Assembly: GCA_951406725.2 (NCBI GenBank)
Contig: OX597829.1
Location: 33,666,001 to 33,730,000 of the forward strand
DNA from: Octopus vulgaris
Lineage: Eukaryota
DNA length: 64,000 nucleotides
Direction of reading: 5' to 3'
A model generated the notes under the pieces. It saw nothing but the letters and a program-made list of their open reading frames with translations. It did not search any database and was not told where the DNA came from. Positions 13,559-24,400 of the stretch are shown piece after piece; the stretch's first letter is position 1, and the number at the start of each line of letters is the position of its first letter. Made by a program: the position numbers and the translations under genes.

Positions 13559-13774
13559 TATGCGTATATGTGTATGTGTATGTATACATATATGTGCATA
13601 TGTATTTATATATGTATATATGTGTATGTATATATATATATGTGTGTATATATATATATAAATCTTTTTATCCTTGTTTTATGTTTATTTATATCCAAAT
13701 GTTTATATATCTTTTATATATATGTTTATATATTTTTCATTTTTATGTTTTGTTTATCCATATTCTTTTTTTTC

Positions 13775-13989
13775 TTTTACTTGTTTCAGTTAATTGACTG
13801 TGGCCATGCTGGAGCACCACCTTTCAGTCAAAGAAATCGACCTCTGAATTTATTCTTTGTAAGCCTGGTGCTTATTCTATTGGTTCCTTCTGCCGAACTG
13901 CTAAGTTACTGGGATGTAAACACACTAACATCAGTTGTCAAGCAATGGTGGTGGTGGGGGGACAAACACAGACATAAACACACATATAA

Positions 13990-14038
<49 letters not shown>

Positions 14039-14180
14039 ACAGGCTTCTTTCAGTTTCTGTCTACCAAATCCACTCACAAGGCTATGGTTGGCTCAAAGCT
14101 ATAGTAGAAGACATGCAGCAGGACTGAACACAGAACCATGAGGTTAAGAATCAAACTCCTTATCACACAGCCATGCCTGT
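13775..14180 (-). mobile_element. tRNA-derived SINE, family A
   Basis: Reverse complement of the 4563-4945 family. Confidence 0.8.
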
Positions 14181-14234
14181 GCCTATGTTTCTATGTTTAT
14201 ATATTTTTATATTTGTGGATATTTATCTAGGCAC

Positions 14235-14355
14235 AGGAGTGGCTGTGTGGTAAGTAGCTTGCTTACCAACCACATGGTTCCGGGTTCAGTCCCACTATGT
14301 GGCACTTTGAGCAAGTGTCTTCTACTTGTGGTAGATGGAAACTGAAAGAAGCCTG

Positions 14356-14406
<51 letters not shown>

Positions 14407-14630
14407 TTTATGTCTGTGTTTGTGTGTCTGTGTTTGTCCCTTCAACATCCCACATAAACACAATGATTATGTGTTTCTGTGCCTGTAACTTAGCAGTTCA
14501 GCAAAAGAGACCAATATAATAAGTACTAGGCTTACAAAGAATAAGCCCAGGGGTTGATTTGCTTGACTAAAGGCAGTGCTCCAGCATGGCCACAGTCAAA
14601 TGACTGAAACAAGTAAAAAATGTAAAAGTA
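14235..14630 (+). mobile_element. tRNA-derived SINE, family A
   Basis: GGAGTGGCTGTGTGGTAAG..GGTTCAGTCCC..AAATGACTGAAACAAG. Confidence 0.85.
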
Positions 14631-15784
14631 CCTATCAGTGTTTATGTGTATGTATGGCATATTAATGTATATGTATTAGTGGTTAAGTGTGTGTATGTGC
14701 ATATGATGTGTATATATGCATATATATATATATGCATATGATTTTATATGTGGGAGTAGCTATTTATGTGTAAAAATATTTGTCTATCGTATGCGGGTAT
14801 ATGTGTGTATGCATATATGTTTATATATTTATACATATATATATATAGGTGTATGTATATGTGTATGTATGGGTTTGTGTGTATATATGTTTAGATGTGT
14901 GTCTGTGCATATGTGTATTTATGTTCATGTATATATATGTATGTGTCTGTGTGTATGTGCATATATGTTAATGTATAAGTATGTAAGTGTGTATGCATGT
15001 ATATGCAGGGTAATATGAAAATATACGAATATATAGGTATGTATAGCTAGCTTTTTAATATTTAACAGGTACGTGTAAGAATAGTTTTTTTTCCTTAATT
15101 ATCCTCTATCTTAGCTTCATTTATTCTAAACATTTTTTGATAATTTACCATATACTTTTTGTTGTGTATGCCTCTCTTCTTTTATTTGAGCCTTTCTATG
15201 GTAGTGCATTTGTGCATTAACTCATATTGACCATTTTTCTATTTTCTCTTAAATCTTTCTAAATATTATAGTATCACTTAAATCTTCATATATTCACCCT
15301 TTATCTTCTAATTAATTGATGATTTTAATAAATTTAATTAATTTAGTAAATTAACCATACTTAGTTTTATATCTGTGTATGTATATGAGTGTGTGTGAGT
15401 GTGTGTACATGTGTATGTGTATGTATATATATATATATAAATTTTTTTATATAAAAAGGAAATACCTAATGACTTTACTTCTCTACTTCCATAATTTAAC
15501 AACCTGTCAATCTTTTCTTTTTATATATCACATTTTATCATATTTTTGCATGGTTATGTCTGCATTAACATTATTGTTATTTATATTAATATATGACAAT
15601 AACTATTTTTATAACTGCATATATTTTCATATTATGTATTAATTTTAATGGTACACTGTATTTTTCCTGTTTGATTATTTAATGTTTTTCATTATGTTTT
15701 CAATTTGATATATATAAATTTCTTTGTACATTCTTTCATGATGATATTCTAGCTTGTAATAATTAACCAAATAGATTTAATTAA

Positions 15785-16004
15785 CCCTTTAGCTTTCAGA
15801 TTATTCTGTCAAATGTAATGCTTATTTATTCACATTGTTTTGAATTAATCATGCATTATCTCACAGTTTCACGATTTTGATGATGTGAATATTTATTTTT
15901 AGAATGACATTGTAGGGTATGTGTGAAAGGCCATGTCTCATCATATTGAACAGAAAACAGGTAGAATATTTGGGCCAGATAAGGCCAGCTTAAATGCTAA
16001 AGGG
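15785..16004. mobile_element. piggyBac-like MITE
   Basis: TTAA|CCCTTTAGC...GCTAAAGGG|TTAA. It interrupts a repeat whose empty version lies at about 41065-41420. Confidence 0.85.
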
Positions 16005-16113
16005 TTAAGCTAAATTTGATTGATTTTATACTATAAGCAATGAATTGAAACAATTGTAGGTATTGTCAATGTATTAATAAATTTTTATTAATCTTATCTC
16101 CATCTTCTCTTTT

Positions 16114-16168
<55 letters not shown>

Positions 16169-16332
16169 TACAGCGAAACAGAAAATTCGCTTTTTGGAAA
16201 ATGATACAAAATCAGAATAAAGCAGAGATTTACCAAAAATAGCTAGACTCAACACCCCTAGTCATACCCCGCAAATTACAAATCAAGCCCATCTCGGAAG
16301 AACCAGAAGAACAAAGAAAACTTAGAGAAAAA

Positions 16333-17244
16333 ATGTCATTAGAAAAAATGAAGATGGAAATAGAACTACTCAAGCTGAGAGCTAAGACGAATGAAGAAAA
16401 AGTAAAAACCATAGACGAGGAAATCAACGAAGAAGTCATCAAACTAATAGACGACATCAATACTGAAACATTACCAGCACTATGGAATGAAGAATGTGAA
16501 AAAGAGGAACTTAAGTCCCTCCAACGATGGGAAAAGAGCGCCATCTGGTTTTTAGATTATGAAACCAACTTCAAAAATGAACACATATCCAACAACCCCT
16601 TCATAAAATTAAGTAAATCAAAACCAAATACCAACAGAACGGAACAACCACCAAGAAATCCTAACACACTCTACACCAGAAAAATACACTTAAAACACAC
16701 CCCACACTACCTACACCAACCCCAAAACACCTACAGAGGCCCACCACACCAGTTCGAAAATAGATATACCAACAGAACAGAACAACCACCAAGAAATCCA
16801 AACACACTCTACACCAGAAAAATACATTTAAAACGCACCCCACACTACCTACACCAACCCCAAAACACTTACAGGGGCCCACCACACCATTTCACGAACC
16901 TAAGAGCCACAACATACAATACTATGAAATACAATCCACATAACCAAACTAAAACGCTACTACCAAACATCCACCCCAGGAACCAACCATACAAACCTAA
17001 CAAACAACAAATGCACCACGGAGGAAACAACTACCAACACAATATACCTGATGAACTAAGACGGAACACTAGGTACAACAACACACTTCAGAACAGAGCA
17101 CCACAAACTCACTCTGACAATTATAACAACATGAGACAGATAAATAGTAGTTTTGAACATAACTACACCAACCATTTTTTAGACCTTACACACAGGAACA
17201 GGGACACACGATGGCAAAGGACAAACAAAAGAAACCTCAGGTAA
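16333..17244 (+). CDS. PLE ORF1: charged coiled-coil-like N-terminus + N/H/P/Q-rich low-complexity region
   Basis: 303-aa ORF. The frame continues upstream to the 5' truncation with one TAG at 16240-16242. Internal duplication with 46-aa period. Confidence 0.65.
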   Translation: MSLEKMKMEIELLKLRAKTNEEKVKTIDEEINEEVIKLIDDINTETLPALWNEECEKEELKSLQRWEKSAIWFLDYETNFKNEHISNNPFIKLSKSKPNTNRTEQPPRNPNTLYTRKIHLKHTPHYLHQPQNTYRGPPHQFENRYTNRTEQPPRNPNTLYTRKIHLKRTPHYLHQPQNTYRGPPHHFTNLRATTYNTMKYNPHNQTKTLLPNIHPRNQPYKPNKQQMHHGGNNYQHNIPDELRRNTRYNNTLQNRAPQTHSDNYNNMRQINSSFEHNYTNHFLDLTHRNRDTRWQRTNKRNLR

Positions 17245-19508
17245 TTAAGATAATCAATCTCTCAAACAAAGAACTTACGCCTAACAAAATAAGCATACTC
17301 TCCAAAGGACTTAAATTTACACCAACCCCACAATGTTCTAATTACTATGAAATGAAAGATGATATTTCGGAATTTTGCAGAAAACTAAGACTCACCGAGG
17401 AATTTCAAGACAAACAAAAAGAGGAGGATTCAATAGCTAGAAACAAGAGCAATTACACCTCCACCAAGGGAAAGAATAAAGCCTTAGACCACTATTGTGA
17501 CTACATAACTAATTTCCCATTTCAATTCATCAAGAAACAAAAACACAGCCCTAACTTCAACAAAAGAGAATGGAACGACCTCATCAAACTAAGAGAAGAC
17601 AAAGCAATAACAATTAAGGAGGCAGATAAGGGCAACGCGATAGTAATAATGAATACAAACGATTATAAAAATTTAGTGCTATCTCTATTAAGAGATGAAA
17701 CGTATTATGAAAGGGCCCAACAGTATAATCAGCAAAAAATAATGCATAACCTTAGGACATTAATCAACACATACCGAGAAGGACTCACGGACAAGGAGTA
17801 TGAATATATCACTAACTTCAAATGCAAATCGAGTTTGTTCTATGGTATCCCTAAAGTACACAAAAGCCAAATAATTAGAGAAACGTGCAAGACATCCACC
17901 AATATACTCATCAAAATCCCTTCACCAAATGATCTTAAACTTAGACCGATAATAGCAGGGCCAGCATCTGAGACTCACCGCCTCAGCAATTTCTTAGACA
18001 CACTTCTTAAACCTTTCCTAAAACACATCAAAAGCTACGTAAGAGACGATATAGATATGCTCAACCACCTCCCTAAAACAGTCAATGAGAAAACCCTTCT
18101 AGTATCATTCGACGTAGTTAGTCTTTATTCTAACATCCCTCACAACCTAGGAATAGAAGCGATCACCTTCTGGCTGAATAACTACCCCTTTGAACTCCCA
18201 ACTCGCATAAACAAAGACCTTATAATAGAAGGACTTAGATTTATTTTAGAGAACAATTACTTTATTTTTGACAATAATTTCTACAGACAAAGATCGGGAA
18301 GAGTGATGGGCACGCGTACTGCACCATCTTTTGCCAACCTAGTGATGGGATACCTCGAGAAAATACTCTACCAGATAACACTCGAGAAATTTGGAAACAC
18401 CTTCGCCACCTATATCCATAACAACTGGAAAAGATACCTCGATGACTGTTTCATCATCTGGGACAAAGGTATAGAGAAACTTGAGGAAGTTAAAATACTA
18501 TTAAATGGAATAAATGATAATATACAATTCATGATGGATCACAACGAAAAAGAATTACCATTTTTAGACATCCTCATTAAGAAAACCGGCAAAAAAATAG
18601 AGACAGATATCTACTATAAACCGACAGACTCCAAACAATACCTACCCTTTGATTCATGCCACCCGCGACACACTAGAATAAATGTCCCTTTTTGTTTAGC
18701 TAGAAGGATCTGCACCATAATATCAGACACAAACACCCGACACACACGTCTCCAGGAACTTAGAACCACACTCACAAATAGAAACTATCCACAGCCCCTA
18801 ATAGACAGTGCAATCCAAAGGGCACTCAAATTAAGTATAGAAGACCTGAGACAAACAAAACCAAAAAAGAAAGAACAATTAAAAACCCTTCCCTACATCT
18901 CTACACACAACCCACTCAACAATGAGGCCTTCAGCACCATACTACAAAGCACAGCCCTACTAAAGGGAGACCCAAAGATGAACCGGATCCTCGAAACACA
19001 CACCATCATTAAAAGTAAACGGCAACCAAAATCCTTGAAAAAGATTTTAACCCAAGCTAAACTGCACTCAACATCAACCACAAAACCAGCAGTTAGAAAA
19101 TGTGGAAGGCCCAACTGCGGAATCTGTGTCATCTTGATAGAAGGTTCAGAATTTATACTAGAACAAGGCCACCAGTTCACCATTAGAGCAAACTTCACCT
19201 GCGCATCAGAAAACTTAATTTACGTCATAACATGCGCAGGCTGCAATAGGCAGTATATAGGCCATACAAAAAATAGCTTACGTAACAGGATGGCGGTACA
19301 TAAATCACAAATTAGAAACCCTGAATACCGGAAAATACCGGTCAGCGGACACATAGATAGATGTGCTGGAAATGTAAATCCGAAATTTACAACTTACCCG
19401 CTTTATAAATTCAGTGACAACGCAACCTTCACGCAATGCCAAAATAAAGAACTGTATTTCATCAAAAAATTTAGACCAAGTTTAAACACCCTGGGCCAGG
19501 AATATTAA
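17211..19508 (+). CDS. PLE reverse transcriptase with C-terminal GIY-YIG endonuclease
   Basis: NLS..LSKGLKF, ADKGN, YGIPKVHK, LRPII, SFDVVSLYSNIP, MG..APSFANL, RYLDDCF, LPFLD, YYKPT, SCHP; Cys linker CGRPNCGIC; NLIYVITCAGCNRQYIG, R..H, KELYFI, PSLN. No internal stops. Confidence 0.95.
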   Translation: MAKDKQKKPQVIKIINLSNKELTPNKISILSKGLKFTPTPQCSNYYEMKDDISEFCRKLRLTEEFQDKQKEEDSIARNKSNYTSTKGKNKALDHYCDYITNFPFQFIKKQKHSPNFNKREWNDLIKLREDKAITIKEADKGNAIVIMNTNDYKNLVLSLLRDETYYERAQQYNQQKIMHNLRTLINTYREGLTDKEYEYITNFKCKSSLFYGIPKVHKSQIIRETCKTSTNILIKIPSPNDLKLRPIIAGPASETHRLSNFLDTLLKPFLKHIKSYVRDDIDMLNHLPKTVNEKTLLVSFDVVSLYSNIPHNLGIEAITFWLNNYPFELPTRINKDLIIEGLRFILENNYFIFDNNFYRQRSGRVMGTRTAPSFANLVMGYLEKILYQITLEKFGNTFATYIHNNWKRYLDDCFIIWDKGIEKLEEVKILLNGINDNIQFMMDHNEKELPFLDILIKKTGKKIETDIYYKPTDSKQYLPFDSCHPRHTRINVPFCLARRICTIISDTNTRHTRLQELRTTLTNRNYPQPLIDSAIQRALKLSIEDLRQTKPKKKEQLKTLPYISTHNPLNNEAFSTILQSTALLKGDPKMNRILETHTIIKSKRQPKSLKKILTQAKLHSTSTTKPAVRKCGRPNCGICVILIEGSEFILEQGHQFTIRANFTCASENLIYVITCAGCNRQYIGHTKNSLRNRMAVHKSQIRNPEYRKIPVSGHIDRCAGNVNPKFTTYPLYKFSDNATFTQCQNKELYFIKKFRPSLNTLGQEY

Positions 19509-19697
19509 AACAAAAGATTGGTCCTCCAAAAAGGAGAAGCAAAATTCCACCACAGCCGCTACCTTAAACAGTCACTCACACTGACGGAAATATGTCTTAG
19601 GGAAAAGGGAAAAAAATTTATAAAAAGATCTCTTCGAACAGATCTAATCCTGATGGACTGGCCACATACGATACAGCTAAGGGTCAGACCCGATTCG

Positions 19698-20136
19698 GAT
19701 TGGTCAACACATTGATGACGTCTCGTTCTGCTAGACTGGCCACCTAACGTGATGATTGGTCAAAACAGTGATGACGTCCCGTTACGCTGGACTGGCCACC
19801 TAGCAGGATACAGACAATGGGCAGATCTAATACAGCTAAAGGTCGGGATTGGTCAGAATATTGATGACGTCCTGTTCTGCTTGACTAGCCACCTAACAGG
19901 ATACAGACAAGGGGCAGATCTAATACAGCTATAGGTCGGGATTGGTCAGAATATTGATGACGTCCCGTTCTGCTTGACTAGCCACCTAACAAAACGATTG
20001 GTCAAAACATTGATGATGTCATGTTCCGCTGTACTGGCCACCTAACAGGTGATATAAAACCCAAACAATTCACAAGGTTCGCCAGAACTGTCCAGCGGAC
20101 ACCGACCAAAAGTCATCACAGTTACTCAAGGTAAAA
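19698..20136 (+). promoter_or_regulatory. Putative PLE pLTR promoter: 5x (ATTGG + TGACGTC) modules, TATA box, splice donor
   Basis: GATTGGTCA..GATGACGTC at 19698, 19754, 19847, 19940 and a TGATGTC variant at 19996; TATAAAA 20053-20059; AAG|GTAAAA at 20130/20131. Confidence 0.6.
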
Positions 20137-20544
20137 TCTAAAGTGAATTCCTCGCTTTTTCAAGAACATCAATTTTTTATATTGACTGCACATCACCACT
20201 ATGAACTATTTTTTATATTGAATGCATATCACCACTATGAACCACTGCATCATACTCTTTAAACATATAGCATGAACTCACTTCACTATATATGAACTTT
20301 TGATGTCTGACTCTATTGTATATTATATATGAATTTTTTATATTTGATAGCACGAACTATCTTCTTTATATATATTTTTTTTTGATAAGGTTCATCATTT
20401 CAAGAACCGAAACATGTTAAATAAATAATGCATATATAAAAATTAAAAATTTGTCTAATATAGCAGCATTTTCGAACTTCATTTTTTACAAATATATACC
20501 CACTCGTATACGAGCTAATCTTATTATAAATATATATATATATA

Positions 20545-20940
20545 TAATTTACAAAATAAGGGCAAAAGAAAAATTCTAATGCCAAATATGCTGAAAAAAA
20601 GACAAAATTGTAAATAACCATTATAATTTATGCGTCTCAAAACAAACTGATAGAAATTTCTAAAAAATCCGTTATTACCGTATTGGTTCCAATTTCGGGG
20701 TTAATTCATAAGAATTTTCCCCTCTTCAGCGATAAATATGTGAGATATAAGTGAAATACTTACTCATACCCATGGAAAAAGCAACCCCGAAATTGGGACC
20801 AATACGGTAATAACGGATTTTTTAGAAATTTCTATCGGTTTGTTTCAAGACGCATAAATTATAATGGTTATTGACAATTTTGTCTTTTTTCGGCATATTT
20901 AGCATTAGAATTTTTCTTTTGCCCTTTTTTTGTAAATTAT
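20545..20940. repeat. Inverted repeat (about 158-bp arms) of PLE-tail type
   Basis: About 20545-20702 is the reverse complement of about 20782-20940. Confidence 0.85.
20675..20735 (-). ncRNA. Type I hammerhead ribozyme candidate
   Basis: Minus strand: TTATCG-CTGAAGA-GGGG..CCCC-GAAA-TTGG AA CCAA-TA-CGGTAA. Core intact and stems I-III can pair. Confidence 0.65.
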
Positions 20941-21014
20941 TTTTATAAATTTAACCTTTAAAGGTATTTTTTGATATGCTGGCCATTGATCCTACATCAC
21001 ACACACACACACAC

Positions 21015-21162
21015 ATGACAGACTTCTTTCAGTTTCTGTCTACCAAATCCACTCACAAGGCTTTGGTCAGCCCAAGGCTATTGTGGAAAAGGGTTGCCCA
21101 AGATTCCACACCTGTGGGACTGAACCCAAAACCATGTGGTTGGAAAGCAAGCTTCTAACCAC
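21015..21162 (-). mobile_element. SINE family A, 5' part
   Basis: TTCTTTCAGTTTCTGTCTACCAAATCCACTCACAAGG..GGGACTGAACCC. Confidence 0.7.
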
Positions 21163-21469
21163 AAAGTGTGCTAAATCTATAGTGCTGGATAAGTTCAGAG
21201 AGAAGGGCATGAAAATATGGAATTGTTGCTGGAAGTCATGATTGGTTAGATATTTTCTTTTTATCACATGGGTAACATTCTAGCAAATTGTGACATTGAG
21301 TGTAATGATCTGATTGCTGAATATTCCTGCTACAGACACAAGGGTGAATAGTTTTATCAAACTTGTCAAACTTATTGTTTATCATTATTTTTATTTAAAA
21401 AAGTGGAAACATTGGTATTAACATTTGTATGTTCCTTACTTTTGAAATTAATATTTCTGTTTAATATTT

Positions 21470-24400
21470 TAAAAGATGAGAATAGACAGCAACAAGATAC
21501 ATGCAATGACAGAACAAGAATTAAGTAGGAAAACAAAACCAACTCTCATTGGTTATGTAAACACTTTGGTTGAAAGAATCCAAATATTAGAAAATTGTTG
21601 AAAGAAGAAAAACTCATGTAAGAGATTTTGAATTTAAAAGTGAAAATGAATCAAATGAATGAGGTTGTATCATATGTAATTAAGAAAAAAACAACTTATA
21701 TTGAAGCTATGATTGAGGGTGAAAAACATTAACTAAAAAGATGTCATCCTTATCAATATTATTTATGAAAACTTCTGACAACACAGCCAAGGAAAAATGT
21801 CAAAGTTCCAAATGGAACTATACTTGTAAATTTCTCTTCGGACAAAGATAGAAATAATGCTCTTGATGCATCAACAAAAGATCAGTTCTCTAAAACATAC
21901 AGAAAAACTTTGACCAAAATTGATGTTACAACACTTTGATGCTGATGTCACAAAGGTAAACATTATAAGTATGATATGAGAAAAAAAAACCAAGATCTGG
22001 TTGAATTAATGACAGATGAGGGAGCATCCCCTTCAAATCATACATTAAAGACAAAATCAGAGTTATTGTGTTCTTAAATGTTCAGCAAAGCTTGCAAACC
22101 AAATAATGCAAAATGGTAGGATCTTTATTGGTTTGGGAAGTTGCTATATTATTAAGTTTTACAATGGCACAAATACCAACAATTCAGTCATTGCTCATCT
22201 ATTTGCAAGAACAATGATATGTGTGGTCATTGGGCAAAGACAACACCCTTTTACAGTGTGCACTAACAAACAAAAGTCAATCTGTATAAATTACCATAAA
22301 CTATACAAAAATTTTGATCACATTTCTCACAATTCGAAATGTCCATCTTATGTTACCAAAATAGAGAAAGTTAAGCATAACACAGAAACATGAATAGGGA
22401 TGTACTTGACGTTATTCATGATATTTACAACTCTGATCGATAAAAAGCCAAATGTGAAGAATATTCAATCAATGAGTTCAATAATAAATTCAGTTTCAAA
22501 TGCATGATTTTTTCTGTTTCACACATCAACATTTTGCAGCCTGACTGCAAATAATGATGTGCTAAATTTTTTGATGAAAATCTTAAAAATTCAATACTCA
22601 GTTATTTGTGTTACAGAGATGTGGACAAGAAAAAAATCACAATGAAAATATTTTCAATATTAACAGGTACAAATTCTTTGCAAATCTAGACTATGAAGGA
22701 GGAAGAGTAGGAATTTATATTTGTAACAAAATTGATGACATTAAAATATCCAAAGACTGGCTTTTGAGTTATCATGCAACTTTGCTTTTAGAGATGTTAC
22801 ACGAAAAGTTTGGGATCAAGAAGAGAGTTATTGTTGGATCAATTTATAGAACCCCAGACAAAAGTTTAAATGATTTTCTCATTAAATTTAATTCCATTTT
22901 ACACAAAATAGCAATGAAAAACAAGCCTTGTTTCATTACTGGTGAGTATAACATAAATCTGGCAGATGACAATATAAATAATATTGGTGGCCTATGCCAG
23001 GGGCATAACCATCCCACTTATGTGTACCTTTTCCTTCTTTGGACACTAAAACTCTGCTTGCAAAGACCTGTTGAGGCAAGTGAAATCAAAATCAAATTCA
23101 ATGACTGGCTCCTGTGGTAGCAGGGTGCAAAGAGCACCATACGAGCATGATTATTGACAGAGTGACTAACCGGCTTACGTGCCAGTGGCACTTAAAAGGC
23201 ACCATTTGAGCGTGATCACTACCAGTGTCACCTTACTGGCACTCGAGCCCCGTGCTAGTAGAGTATTAAGAGCACCATCCAAGCATGATCATTGCCAGAG
23301 CAGCTATCTGGCCTCCATGCTGGTGGCACGTAAAAGACACCGTTCGAGCGTGATCGTTACCAGCATTGCCTTACTGGCACCTGTGCCAGTGGCATGTGTA
23401 AAGGATTCAAGCGAGGTCGTTGCCAGTACTGCCTGACTGGCATGTAAAAGCACCCACTACACTCTCAGAGTGGTTGGTGATATGAAGGGCATCCAGCTGT
23501 AGAAACTCTGCCAGATCAAGATTGAGGCCTGGTACAGCCATCTGGTTCGTCAGCCCTCAGTCAATTGTCCAACCCATGCTAGCATGGAAAGTGGACGTTA
23601 AACAATGATGGTGTTAAATATCAGCATTTGGAAGCATTGAAGAGTAATCCATTCTTCCCTCAAATATGTAGTGATCTAAGAACACAAGAAAATAAAAATA
23701 GCAGTATGTAATAGACAACATTTTTGGCAATGATTTATTTAACCTTGAGGTACAATTGTTTTTGAAGTATCTAACTACATTCTGATATTCTCAATAACTA
23801 GTAATGGGCAATCAGAAGATAATGGTACAAACAAGAAATATATTTATATATAAACAAATAGATAATGATTGTGAGAGTAGGTTCAGAGAATTCAAAAAAC
23901 AATATGACTTTGGCTTTGTTAATAGTTGCTTTGATCCAGATGTAAATTATATTGAATTTATAAAAGCAATAAAATTGGCAATTGATTCATGTTTTCAAAC
24001 TAAGAAGCTGTTTCTAGTGAAAAATAGGGAACTTACCCCAGTAATCAAAAATCTTATGATCAATAAAGTCCAGAAATCATCTTTACAGAAACTATTATAA
24101 GAGCAAATTTGAGAACACAGTGCAACATAATTATTATAAAAGTTGTGATAAAATACTCAAAAGTTACTTAAGAATGGCTAAAAATCAGTACAACACAAAT
24201 TTATTAGAGAAAAGCTCTAAAATTATTGGGAAACTTTAAATTATTTAAGAAGTAAAACTAAAATAGAAATAACCAATGCATTCAATAATTATATTATAAT
24301 GGCAAGAGAAAAGTTACAAAAATAATTTCCTATTCCTAAAGGGAATCAGAACTCATTTAGCTCCATGATAGCAGTGCACTCATATGTCCCCTATTGATGA

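Larger units (their letters stand above)
16165..20529 (+). mobile_element. Penelope-like retroelement (GIY-YIG type, Neptune-like), 5'-truncated, inserted in (TA)n
   Basis: ORF1, intact RT-GIY-YIG ORF2 and about 1 kb of 3' pLTR-like region. (TA)n on both flanks; A/C-rich sense strand. Confidence 0.92.

Noticed and set aside
17211-19508. Naiad-type selenoprotein PLE or telomerase
   Set aside because: The endonuclease is C-terminal, there is no in-frame TGA, and no TERT-specific motifs are seen.
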